Assembly: GCA_977862235.1 (NCBI GenBank)
Contig: OZ374566.1
Coordinates: forward strand, 124,001 to 188,000
Source of the DNA: Dudresnaya verticillata
Lineage: Eukaryota
Reading direction: 5' to 3'
DNA length: 64,000 nucleotides
Positions 33,189 through 43,753 of this stretch are shown in pieces (the stretch's first letter is position 1; the number at the start of each line of letters is the position of its first letter). The translations under genes and the position numbers were made by a program. The notes under the pieces are model-generated. The model was not told the DNA's origin. It worked only from the letters and a program-made list of their open reading frames with translations, and searched no databases.

Positions 33189-34383
33189 TTCCCCCTTGTC
33201 GCGCTCGATAGCTCCGTTTCCCCCCTTTCACAACGAACTAGAGACTCACACGCATCTTTTCGTCCCGGTCATTGCGCTCTCAAGATGCGGCTACAGTGCG
33301 GATTGTGTTGCAGTGGTTAGGAACTCGGTACGCAAGCGATGGACAACGTCTTGTTTCAGCCATTGGCAAAGTTGCGTAATAGCAGTTCTGTACCTGTAGG
33401 GTAACCAGCCGTTTGATGTTTCGATTCCCCGATTTCAGTCAACAAGAAGCTTTGAGTGGAGGAGCGCGAAAATTCCTTTCGAATACAGGGACTTATGCCA
33501 CCTGAGAAAAGGTCAAAACCCCTGCAGACGCCCACCCAGGCCTTGTTTCTCCTCTGAAGGGTTTCATTGCCCGTCCGAGTATCCAAGCGTATCCAAGGGT
33601 AGCTGCAGGACGGCACAGGGTGGGGAAGGATACTTCCCCTCGGTAGTCCGTGCAGATGGAAGCCGGGTTTCCTTGCGTGGAACAAGGAACAGTGCTGTGG
33701 CAAAATGAGGCCATATGATCTGAACCATCTCTGCACCATCTCCTCATTGTAGAAATCCAAGATCATGTGGAAGGGCATGGGCGGCGGAAAGCTCTGCTTG
33801 GGTGGTCTCGACAGCTCTCATGACGGCTACAAATACGAAAAGCAGAAGCGGATCACTGGATGGTCAGTTCATGAACGCGAGGACCAGCATTGGATGGATG
33901 GCTGGGCCGAAACTTCACCGGCCATTTCCTGATTATCGATGGCTGGGTAGCAAGTCCAGAGCGGCAAAACACGTGTGACGCGCTCCACTTTCACTGCGTT
34001 ATGGAAGCGTTGCTTGTTACCCTCAGTCACTGACTCCTGCGAGCTGAGAGGAGATTACAATGAAACCGGCGAGAGGTTGGAAGGAAAGATGGGATTACGA
34101 CAGTGAAGAAAGGGACTCCTTTGCGGATCATTCCATACAAGCCGCACAAGGATCTCATAATGGTCGAGTCACCATGAGTTTCGGGAGTTCAAGGCGCCAC
34201 CGTCCACGTTTGTGCAACTGCCTGGCGGGCTTCGGCTCAATGAAGTTTGCCAGTTCTCCAACTTTTTTGCATGATTGAAGGCTTATTGTCGATAAGACCC
34301 CTCCTATGCCTTCTCAACAATGTTGTGTACTTGAACGGAGCCAAGTAAGGTCTGCACTCTCAAGCATGTAGCCTTGCACTTCT

Positions 34384-35534
34384 TCAGGATGGTGAGCGAA
34401 CCACGGAGAGTCGCAGAAAGCTCTCCAACGTGGACACTAGGCGTGGTGGCCAGCGGCGAATGTCCCGGACCCAAGATAAGTCCTCGTACCTGTTTCTCAT
34501 AGTCGTTCCAATGGGTCTCTCATCAGTGTTAGGATTTTCGAGTGATGCGTGCGTGGTATGTACGGAGTTCAATTCTCTCGTGACGTATTGTGCTGAAGAT
34601 GTGAATGGATTGCTTACCTCCGGTCTTGACCGACAGCTTGATACCACTGGGTTTCTGCCTGCTGTAGATCCCCTGTTGCCCAGAACGTCATGGCAACAGC
34701 CGCGTGCATGTCTGCGAAGTTGGGATACTTTCTCAAAAGAAATCGCATCTTGTTCAAGGCGCTCTCATCTTGTTGGATTTGATACAATGCCAGAGCCTCA
34801 TTCGCTAACGCAAAGACAAACCTGGTGTCCAGCAGGGCCGCCTGGTGGTAATTGTCATAGGCAGCTTGCCACTCTCCAAGGCCAGCATGTGCGTTTCCAA
34901 TGTTGTTCAGGGCGACAGGGTCGGATTTCGCGTACGTCTTCACGGACAGATCATTCGCTTTCTTGTATGCTGCCAATGCGTCGTTGTACCTGTGAAGGCC
35001 TTCCAGAGCTACGCCCATACCAATGAGTGGGTCTGGTTCGGTTGGGGCGAGGCGGACAGATGTTTCAAAGTCGGCAATGGCTTCCTCAAACTTTCCCAAG
35101 GATGTTCTACAGTTTCCACGATTGCCGTAGGCTGCTGGGTTTTGCTCGTTCAGGGAGATAATCTTGGTCCATACCTTTTCCGCCTTTGTAAAGTCAAGTC
35201 GGTTTGTCAGGTCGAAAGCAAGGTCTTGCAGAGCTGTTACTCGCCGAAAGTCCTCTACTGCTTGCTCTTTTGACGTGGCTTCTTGCGCTTTTGTAGGTAA
35301 GCTGTTCAGCGCTGCCCCGACCATGAAAGAGGCAATAGAGAGCAAACTCACTCGACGGTTGACTCTTTGGCCAGAAGACGAGATATTTGCGCGAGCTGCG
35401 TTCTGGCTGCGAGTGCGCATGTGCAATGTGCAGTAATTTGTGGAGCGTGCTGCGGTACCAGTTGATACAAGTTTGGGTGCTGGGCGCGAAGCAAAGGTCG
35501 AAGCCATCAACAAGGTTGGAGAAAGAAAGCCCAT
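34384..35534 (-). CDS. Plastid (thylakoid-lumen-type) TPR protein; 2 exons (35534-34618, 34489-34384)
   Basis: Transit peptide plus RR-hydrophobic-AQEA signal, and TPR motifs (AYGNRGNCR, ALNNIGNAH). Intron 34490-34617 reads GTAAGC...CTAAC...ACAG; splicing gives DRRYEDLSWVRDIRRWPP. Confidence 0.9.
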
Positions 35535-36378
35535 GGCAGGACGGTGGCATTTTGCAGCTGTTGGTTTGCGGGTGACTGAGATGTTGTCATCTGTTGCTCT
35601 TACGTCCCTAACCATGTCGCGTTGCTGGGCGGGGTGTTGGCTTTGCAGCCTTGGCCGGGAACTATCGACAATGGATGTCTCACAAAACGCGCAGAGAGGG
35701 CTCTCATCGGCGTTGCGCGGCGGATTGCCCGTGGAGAAAGCGTAGGTGTGTGTGTGGCGGAGCTGTGCGACCTGCAAAGAGCGCCCCAAATTTAACGCAA
35801 AATCCGTTTCTAATATTGTTATCTCTGCTTGTCACCTTGGAACATCAACATCAGGCTGATGCCGGTGTGTTCAGGATGACCTGTCTTACGTCTTGCAAGC
35901 ACTTGGAAGGCACTACCTTAGGCAGACCTGCTGGCATGTCAAGCTACCGACATGCCGCTGCAATTTGCGTGCACATTCGCCGGCTGTTGAATTCAGGCAC
36001 CGTCGTCTCCCACGTCATTTGAATAATGTCATGGCAGTCTTGGCTCTGCAGAGGTTGTCCCTGCACTCCCTCCGGGCATGTCGCCCTCTACCTGGGGCAG
36101 TTGACCCATGGGATTCAACTCCTGTCAGCATTGCGTGGCACTCTGCGTGCCGAAAAGGCTTTTCCATATAGATCAGGGAATGGTCGTCATACTGGCAATG
36201 ACCAGGTGCCAGGAAAGCGGGCACATTTCCCGCTTTCAGCTCGAATGCCCCATTTGTCAAATTTTGCTATGTACTTGCCACTTTTATTCATCACAATCCC
36301 ACCGTGGACGGAAGAACAACGTGGTAGAACTGAACGCTTAAGGTGAGAACAAGCCAGCACTTTTGAAACACAGCCAAG

Positions 36379-38040
36379 ATGGCAAGAAGACAAGGCATGG
36401 TTGCAGTCGTCGTAGAAGGGCTCGCACTGGTGCTCTTTACGCTGTTGCTTGTGTTTCCGGGCACACATGCTGCACAACACTCCGACCTATTCGCGTCCAT
36501 CCCTTTGGACGATGTCTTCTCCGAAAACCTTCTTCCGGCACTCCAAACAAACGATTCAAGCACGGAAATTACGGCATTGGCTGAGGCTAGCGATGGGAGC
36601 CTGTACCTAGTGGGGCATATTGAGGTGGTGAACACAGAAACATTGGCACAATCATTTGCAACGGACGAAGATGGCGACAGGTTTGGTGGGCAAGATCTGT
36701 TCTTACTAAAACTGGCCAAGGATGGCTCTATGGCGTGGAACAAACGCTTCGGGTCGAGGGGGCTGGACGTGGCGAAACACTTGGCCGTCGACTCCGGGGG
36801 CAACGTATACGTGTGCGGGTCTGTCGCCCGAGGCATGGAGGAGGAGGAGGCTGGAGCGGTGCTATTCAAGTATGACCAGGGGGGGAGTCGAGTGTGGGTG
36901 AAGACGTATGGCAGCAAGGCGGCACAGGACAGATTTAACGGGTTGGTGCTGAACGAGGACGGGAGCGAGGTGGTTGCGGTCGGGACGATCGGGGCGGAGT
37001 CTGGGCTACACACGAACGCAACGCGACGTGACGGGTTTAGCGTGTTTGTTGCGCGGGTGTCGACTGCGAATGGGGAGTTGGTGCGGGCGGGTGTGGCGGA
37101 CTGGTTTGAAGGGTCAGTTGGAGGGTTTGCAAACGCAGTGGTGGCGCGGTTTGGGAACGGCGTGGGGAACGTGTTTGTAGGTGGATATGCGGCTGTGAAG
37201 GGGTCGTCCGAGTTCATGAATGACGGGGCGGTGTACCGATTCAGCTACCCGGAGTTGGCGTTAGAGTCGATGCAGCGGGTGCCGACGCAGACGGTGGACA
37301 GTTTGTTGAGCGTTGCATTGTCGGTGAACGGGCACTCTGTGTACGCAGGGGGTGTGCGGGAAATCAGCGTCTACGAGCAGGAGGATGGGTTTGTCGGGCA
37401 GCTGACGGGGCCGTCGCTGGCGACGGGGTGGGCGCACACGGTAGGGTCGATCAAGTTCACGACGCAGGCGAACATCGTGGCTGGGGGGGCGTCCGAGCAG
37501 GTGCGGGCGGTGTCGGTGGACGAGCACGGCAACGTGCTGGCGGTGCTTGAAGCGTCAGGACCTCTGGACGGGGCGGATGCCGCTGGGCAGGCCGGGCTGG
37601 AGAACAAGCGGGTGGCGGCGGTGGTGTATGCGCCGGACGGACGACGGCTGCACGTGCGACAAGGCCGCGACAGCGAGTCGCGTGGTGTAGGCGGGGCCGG
37701 GGCGGTGGCGCGGCGGGGCTCGAGAGTGCTGGTCGGCGGATGGGGCCTCGACACAGGGTCTGGGCTGCTGCGGGCGCGGCTGTCCGGGACGGTGCTGCCG
37801 GACGGGGTTGTGGCGTTTCACGCCGACGAGACGGTGCCGCCGTCGCCGTCGCCCACGCCGCGCGCCGGCGACGGCGACCGTGACGGCGGCGCAGCGGGCG
37901 ACGGCGGCGACGGTGGGGTTAGCGTGGGCGCGATAGCGGGCGGCGCCGCGGGCGGCGTCGCGCTGCTGGTCGTGGGCGGCGTGGGCGTCGCGATGGGCGT
38001 GGCCGCGCGGCGGCGGCGTGCCGCGCCCGACGCGGTCTAG
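36379..38040 (+). CDS. Type I membrane protein with beta-propeller (SBBP-like) repeats
   Basis: Signal peptide, repeats LAVDSGGNVYVCG / ASDGSLYLVG / VSVDEHGNV, a PSPSPTP stalk, and a Gly/Ala/Val TM helix followed by RRRR. Confidence 0.85.
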   Translation: MARRQGMVAVVVEGLALVLFTLLLVFPGTHAAQHSDLFASIPLDDVFSENLLPALQTNDSSTEITALAEASDGSLYLVGHIEVVNTETLAQSFATDEDGDRFGGQDLFLLKLAKDGSMAWNKRFGSRGLDVAKHLAVDSGGNVYVCGSVARGMEEEEAGAVLFKYDQGGSRVWVKTYGSKAAQDRFNGLVLNEDGSEVVAVGTIGAESGLHTNATRRDGFSVFVARVSTANGELVRAGVADWFEGSVGGFANAVVARFGNGVGNVFVGGYAAVKGSSEFMNDGAVYRFSYPELALESMQRVPTQTVDSLLSVALSVNGHSVYAGGVREISVYEQEDGFVGQLTGPSLATGWAHTVGSIKFTTQANIVAGGASEQVRAVSVDEHGNVLAVLEASGPLDGADAAGQAGLENKRVAAVVYAPDGRRLHVRQGRDSESRGVGGAGAVARRGSRVLVGGWGLDTGSGLLRARLSGTVLPDGVVAFHADETVPPSPSPTPRAGDGDRDGGAAGDGGDGGVSVGAIAGGAAGGVALLVVGGVGVAMGVAARRRRAAPDAV

Positions 38041-38342
38041 CGGTTCGCGTGAAAGTCGCGAGTCGAAGATATATGTAAAGATATTTTGCGCCGCGCGCGC
38101 GACGCGCGCAGCCACACATATCGCGCAGAGCCGCTTCGCCGCGGCGCTTCGACGCCCCGCGCCGCCGCGCACGCCGCGCCACGTGCACACGTCGCCGCCG
38201 TGCGCTCCGCGCCCGTCCTCGTCTCCAACCGGCGCTCCCCGCCGCGCGCGCCTCCCTCGTCGCGCGGCTCCCCGTCCCGTCCCGCCGTCCCGCCGTCCCG
38301 CCGTCCCGCCGCAGCTACCTAGCCCCGCTCCTGCCGCCCGCA

Positions 38343-39788
38343 ATGCCGCCGCGGCAAGCCCCGCCCGCCTTTGTGGCCCACTCGCCCGCGCTAGGCCGCC
38401 CGCTCGTTCGTGCCCTCGCGCTGGCCCGCCCGTCACCGCCGCGCCGCCGCCGCCGCCACCCCGCCGTCGCCGCTCCCGTCCGCCTGTCCGCCGCCGGCCC
38501 AGACCCGCTGCCGCCGCACAGCAAGCCCCGCGTGCAGGACGCCCCCGCCTCCGCGCGTCCCGTCACATCGGCCAGCGCGAACGGTGCGCCGCGCCCGGAC
38601 GACCCGGCCACCCACTCGCCTTCCGCGTCCGCTTCAGAGCAATCGCAGCAGCAACAGCAACGGCACCAGCACGACGCATTCGACCCGCTCGGCGTGCGAG
38701 TCGCACAGCAGCCGGCCCCCGGAACAATCCCCATCTCGCTGGGGTCTTTCTCCACCGCAGTCCCGGCCCGCTGGCTACTCTACTCGGTCCCGTTCTTCTG
38801 GGGCTCGTTCGCCCCGGCAGTCCGCTTCCTCTTCGCCCAGGACCGCCATCTCGAGCCCTCCGTTTTCAACTCGGCCCGACTCATTCTATCCACCCTCATC
38901 TATGTCCCAGTCCTCGCCGCTGAGTTTTCCATTTTCCGCGCCTCGCGCAACTCCACCGCTTCCGCTGCCCCCGCTGCCGCCACCACCCCTGCTGATCCGC
39001 CGTCGTTTGCATTCTTTCCAGCTGGCATCGAGCTCGGCATCTACGTCTTCCTCGCTAACGTCTCCCAAGTCCTCGGCCTGCAGCACACCAGCGCCTCACG
39101 CGCCGCCTTCCTTGTCCAGCTGCAGACCGTCTTCGTCCCAGTCATATCGGGCCTGCTCGGCCTGGACAAGATCTCACGCCAGACCTGGCTCTCTTCTGGC
39201 GTTGCAGTCGCCGGCGTCGCTCTGCTAAGCTCGGACAAGGGCCACGGCACCGTCTCTTCGCTCTCCGGCGATGCCCTCGAGATCCTGTCGGCTCTCTTCT
39301 TTTCCACCTACATCATCCGCCTCAGCAAGTATTGCAACGACATCCCGGCAAACCCGCTTGTCGCCACCAAGATCGCTGTCCAGGCAGTTCTCTCCATCGT
39401 GTGGGCCGTGTCGGCGGAGCTTTTTGTCCTGCTGCATCACACCCCGACTGATCTCTCCGCAGTCGCCGAAGACCCTGCCCCTTGGACAGCGGGCGCCGTG
39501 CTCGCGGGCGTCGCTGTCATCTTTTGGACCGGCGTCATGTCCTCCGCTGCCTCCGGCTGGGCACAGACCAAGGGCCAGCAGGGTGTCCCGCCCAGTGAGG
39601 CTGTCGTCATCTTTGCCACACAGCCTCTATGGGCCAGTGCCCTTGCCGCGCTCGTCCTTGGCGAGAGCTTTGGCCCAAAAGGCTTTGCCGGTGGCGCTTT
39701 GATTATTGCTGCTACGCTTCTCGCGAGTAAGACGGATGGAAGCGGCGATAGCGAGTCCGAGGAAGAGAAGAAGGACAAGGAGGCTTGA
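38343..39788 (+). CDS. EamA/DMT-family transporter, probably plastid-targeted
   Basis: Transit-like N-terminus, about 10 TM helices, and motifs GLQHTSASRAAFL, GDALEILSA and AVVIFATQPLWA...LGE. Confidence 0.9.
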   Translation: MPPRQAPPAFVAHSPALGRPLVRALALARPSPPRRRRRHPAVAAPVRLSAAGPDPLPPHSKPRVQDAPASARPVTSASANGAPRPDDPATHSPSASASEQSQQQQQRHQHDAFDPLGVRVAQQPAPGTIPISLGSFSTAVPARWLLYSVPFFWGSFAPAVRFLFAQDRHLEPSVFNSARLILSTLIYVPVLAAEFSIFRASRNSTASAAPAAATTPADPPSFAFFPAGIELGIYVFLANVSQVLGLQHTSASRAAFLVQLQTVFVPVISGLLGLDKISRQTWLSSGVAVAGVALLSSDKGHGTVSSLSGDALEILSALFFSTYIIRLSKYCNDIPANPLVATKIAVQAVLSIVWAVSAELFVLLHHTPTDLSAVAEDPAPWTAGAVLAGVAVIFWTGVMSSAASGWAQTKGQQGVPPSEAVVIFATQPLWASALAALVLGESFGPKGFAGGALIIAATLLASKTDGSGDSESEEEKKDKEA

Positions 39789-40059
39789 CATCTTCGAAGC
39801 CCGCGCGCTCGGGCGTAGGAGGACGCCGCCTTTTTTTGTTGTCAATACAATCTCGCGCATGACTTACCAAAAGGGTCAAAAGTGGTGCGTGTGCGCAACT
39901 GACTCTATGTCGCTGCATGACCTCATCCAATGTACACTATTCTTATGTATCCGAGGAAATGAGGGACATTATTGTTTTGTTACTAACGAGGGCGTTAGGG
40001 AGGAGTTGGCAATGTACCACCCCTGCGTACCCTCTGCGAAGAAAGCGCTAAAAGTCGAC

Positions 40060-40143
40060 TCTCTCTAGCTCTCTCTCTGTGAGTCTGTGTGTCTGTGTGT
40101 CTGTCTCTATCTCTCTATCTCTCTATCTCTCTCTCTCTCTCTC
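40060..40143. repeat. (CT)n/(GT)n compound microsatellite
   Basis: Read directly from the sequence. Confidence 0.9.
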
Positions 40144-40258
40144 GCTCGCCATATCTTGCTGCGGGGAGAGAGCCGCTCTGTTTGGAGGATCAAGGCAATG
40201 GTCGCGACAAGGTCGGCAAGTTTTTGTTATGTTGCACAAACGTCCCTTGTTTATTTAC

Positions 40259-41557
40259 CTATTCGTCATCAGAGTTAAGGTCGAGGAATCTGTCCTTTGG
40301 AGCGCCACAGGCGGGGCAAACGAAATCATCGCCATAAAACTTAAACTCTCTCCCGGCCGCCGGAAACAACGTATAGCCGCAGTCGGAGCACTGGTACGCA
40401 TGGACCGCGGCCTTGGCGGGCTGGCCGGACCGCGCGGGGTAGTCGAGTTCCGAACGGTCCGGCTTGGAAGCCTCCTCGGCCTCTGCCGCGGCGAGCTCGG
40501 CAGCCTCCTTCTCGCGCCTTTGTAGGCGCGCCAGCACGACGCCGTCAAACAGTGACTTGGCCTCGGCCGCATCCAGGCGCAGCGCGGCCGCGGCTGTCAT
40601 CGGCGGCTCCTCCAACGACTCGTCCTCGTCGAGCTGGGTGTTGACAAACTCCCGGTAGCAGCGCTCGAGCATGTTGCGCTGCAGATCGACCACGGTCGAT
40701 TCGCTATACGGAAATAAGGGCACGAGCGAGAGGCGATGCACCTCCTCCGGCGGCACAACGCGCTCCGCGATGAACAGTAGCTTGCCCAGCAGGCTTGGGG
40801 CGTGCTCCAGCTGCGTGCCGAGGTCGTTGATAGCGTTGATGGTCTTGGTCGGCGACAGCTTTAGCAGCGCCTTGACAACGGCGACGTGCTGAATCGTGGC
40901 CGGAACAACAGCCTTCTCGGTGATAAGCGTGTTGAGATAACTCGCAAACATGGCGCCGCGCAGCATGGCTGGTCCGAGCTTGCGCTTGTACTCGGACGCG
41001 ATCTCGCGCGTGGTGTCGGGGGTGTTGCCGTACATGACGACGACCTGTCCAAACTCTTCCACGAGGTCAGCCTGGCGCGCCGCAAAGCGCTTCTTGGCTA
41101 GCCAGGCGGCCGCGACGACGACGGCTGTGGCGGCGGCGTACGGCAGCACAGACCAGAAGCCGACGCGCTGCGGGGCCATCATGTCAGAGCGGCGCTGCGA
41201 CGGCAGCTGCGGCTGGGTCTCCGTGTACGCGGGCTGCTGGTCTTCCGCGGGGGCGGCGCGCTGCGACGGGCGGCGCATCGGGGTTATGGCTCGCGCCGTC
41301 GCGATGCGCGCCAGCTCGGACGACTCTGCGCGCGGGTGCGGAGCGCGCACGACGCGCAGCGCAGACATGCGCCATGCGGGCGGAGACGGAGACGACGGCG
41401 ACGACGGCGACGACACGCGCGCGAACGGCGCTCGCGACGGCGGGCTCGACAGGAAGGCGCTGCGGCGCAGGCGTTGCGGCGACGGCGACACCGACGGCGA
41501 CGGCGCGGGCCGGCGGCGCGGCTGCGCGAGCGGCGCGAGCGGCGCGACAAAGGCCAT
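40259..41557 (-). CDS. Plastid membrane protein with a C-terminal rubredoxin-like domain
   Basis: MAFVAP transit peptide (ATG 41557), one TM helix, and YQCSDCGY...FVCPACGAPK. Confidence 0.9.
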   Translation of the reverse strand: MAFVAPLAPLAQPRRRPAPSPSVSPSPQRLRRSAFLSSPPSRAPFARVSSPSSPSSPSPPAWRMSALRVVRAPHPRAESSELARIATARAITPMRRPSQRAAPAEDQQPAYTETQPQLPSQRRSDMMAPQRVGFWSVLPYAAATAVVVAAAWLAKKRFAARQADLVEEFGQVVVMYGNTPDTTREIASEYKRKLGPAMLRGAMFASYLNTLITEKAVVPATIQHVAVVKALLKLSPTKTINAINDLGTQLEHAPSLLGKLLFIAERVVPPEEVHRLSLVPLFPYSESTVVDLQRNMLERCYREFVNTQLDEDESLEEPPMTAAAALRLDAAEAKSLFDGVVLARLQRREKEAAELAAAEAEEASKPDRSELDYPARSGQPAKAAVHAYQCSDCGYTLFPAAGREFKFYGDDFVCPACGAPKDRFLDLNSDDE

Positions 41558-41594
41558 GGCGCGGGGGGCGGGGCGGGGCGGCGGGGACGGCGGG

Positions 41595-41625
<31 letters not shown>

Positions 41626-41873
41626 GGACGGCGGCGGCGGCGGCGGCGGAGGCGATTTGGGATGCGCGCGGAGGTTGCGCTGACGCGGGTGCCGCGCGGC
41701 GCGGCGCCACCGAAGCGACCGCGCGCGCGAGCTCAGCGCCGCGGCGTTTCGGTGCGCGATCCGCGCAGCGGACAGCTGTCCCGCGCCGCGCGAAGCGAAA
41801 CGCCGCGCGTGGCGCCAAGCGCAACGGCCGATGAAGGGCAGCGCCACCCGCGGCGCCGCTGTGCCGCCGCGCC

Positions 41874-43327
41874 ATGGCCTTCGTCGCGCCGCCGCCTCCG
41901 CCATGCCGCCTGCGCCCAAGCGCCGCCGCCACCGCGCCCGTCCCGCCGCGCCGCATCCGCATCCGCCGCGCGCCCTCGCCCTCGCCCCGCGCTTCCGTCT
42001 CCACAAGCCCGCGCCGCCGCCGCCTCGCCCGACAACCCTCTGCCTGCACCAGCCCGCGCCCGCCTCGCCGGCCGTGCCCGCCTCGCCCGCAAGCCAACTC
42101 TGCCCCTGCCCCCCGCTTCTCGCCGTCCTCTCGCAATCCCTCGCCACCGTCTGGCACATCTCCCCCTCGCGCCCCCACCCCGCCCATCTCCAGCTCTCCT
42201 TCCCCGCCCCACCGCACCACATCCTCTCCGCCCAAGCCCTCACCTCCTCCGCCCTGGCCCTCGCCATCTCCACAGCGCCCTCCACCCGCGCCCCGCCCTC
42301 CGCCGCCGTCCTTCTGCTCCACCCGCACTCAGGTGCCCCTCTGCTCCGCCTCGCCCTCGACGCCCCCGCCCCACCCGCTCTCTTCCTTGCCCCCGCTGCC
42401 CCCGTCCCGCCACCCACGTCCGGCCCCACGTCCGGCCCCACGTGCTGCCCCACACCAGACACCCTCCTCCCGCCCCACCTGCGCTCTCTCTACCTCTCCC
42501 ACATCCGCCCCGCCTCCTGCGTCACCACCTCCCCAGCCCCGCCCGCCCGCCACTCCCTCCTCATCGCCCCACCCCCGCCGTCCCAAACGGCCCTCTACTA
42601 TACCCTCGCGCCCGACCACGCCCGCATCGCCGCCCACGTCCCGCTCACTGCCAATTCCGTCTCCACAGTCCCATTGCTCACCCCGCTCAAACATCATGCC
42701 GACTCCGACGCCGACGCCCCCCATGCACCCCCCGCCCCGCTGCTCGCCCTGCACCTCCGGTCTGCTCTGCTGCTTCTGCGTCCGGCCCAACCCCCGCTTC
42801 GTGTCGATCTCCCGCCCTCATGTCACCCGATCTTTATCCTCGCTGCCGCTCCCGGGCCAAATCGCCCCGAAGTAGATCCGCGTGTCCTGCTGCTCGTCGC
42901 GCGTAACCAGGCGGATAATGTGGAATGGGCACACCGCGACACCGACGGTACGTTCCGTTTCGACCCCGTGCACGGGCTGCCTTCTGTCCCCACAGGCGAC
43001 GCTGAATCGCTGGCCGTGCATGTCCTACCGGCCACGCGTCCCGACCGTGTCACACTCCTGTTGCGTCCATCGCGCACAGGAGCCCGCTTTGTGCGCTACG
43101 ACGTATCGGTAGGCGGGCCTGGTGATGATGCTTTGGACATTGTTTATTGCAAGCTTGGTTCTGAGTTGGAAGCGCTGCTTGCCAATCTGCCAGCGACCGC
43201 CGTTGCCACCTGCTTTACTAGGTACGACGGCACTGCTGTTGTGGCCTGGGCACATGGCGTTGATGCTTTTGTCAGCTTCGTCTCTAATGCCGACGTTGCT
43301 GCTGACCTCCGAGGTCGGGAGGCTTGA
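41874..43327 (+). CDS. Hypothetical protein; start either ATG 41903, or ATG 41874 with a frameshift near 42.0-42.1 kb
   Basis: ORF 41831..43327 has coding-like composition 3' of ~42090. An out-of-frame MAFVAPPP transit-peptide-like start lies at 41874. Confidence 0.6.
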
Positions 43328-43753
43328 CGCGGTCCCGTTTGGAGTTCTGCGACCGGCAAAAATTAATGAGCTTGGCAAGCACCGGGGAGACGGTCTTGGG
43401 AAAATGAGCGCACCGTGTTGGACCTGTATGACGGCCGCCTTGCACTGAGTTGGGATTCCTCTAAGCAGGGCGCAAAGACTGCTGGTGCGGCTGTGCGGAC
43501 CATGTGAGCGACTGATTTCCTATGCTCGTGCCCGTGCTTTCCTCGTACGGTACGGCATGCATCTGCCTTCCTACCGGAGGTGCGCACTGGAGTTGAAGAA
43601 CAGTGGGTTGTACTTGCAGTCCCTATGAGCGGGTCCGTCGTCTCAACGCGATGAGACTTGTGTTGGATCCATCGCCACCAATCCAAGGGTTTTCACTGGT
43701 TATGCGCTCGTCGAGATGGGCTTTCTTTGTGAGCCTCGTCTGACTTGTGATGC

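Noticed and set aside
33356..33778. 140-aa ORF as a possible upstream part of the repeat-containing gene
   Set aside because: No clear splice sites or homology to link it; left uncalled.
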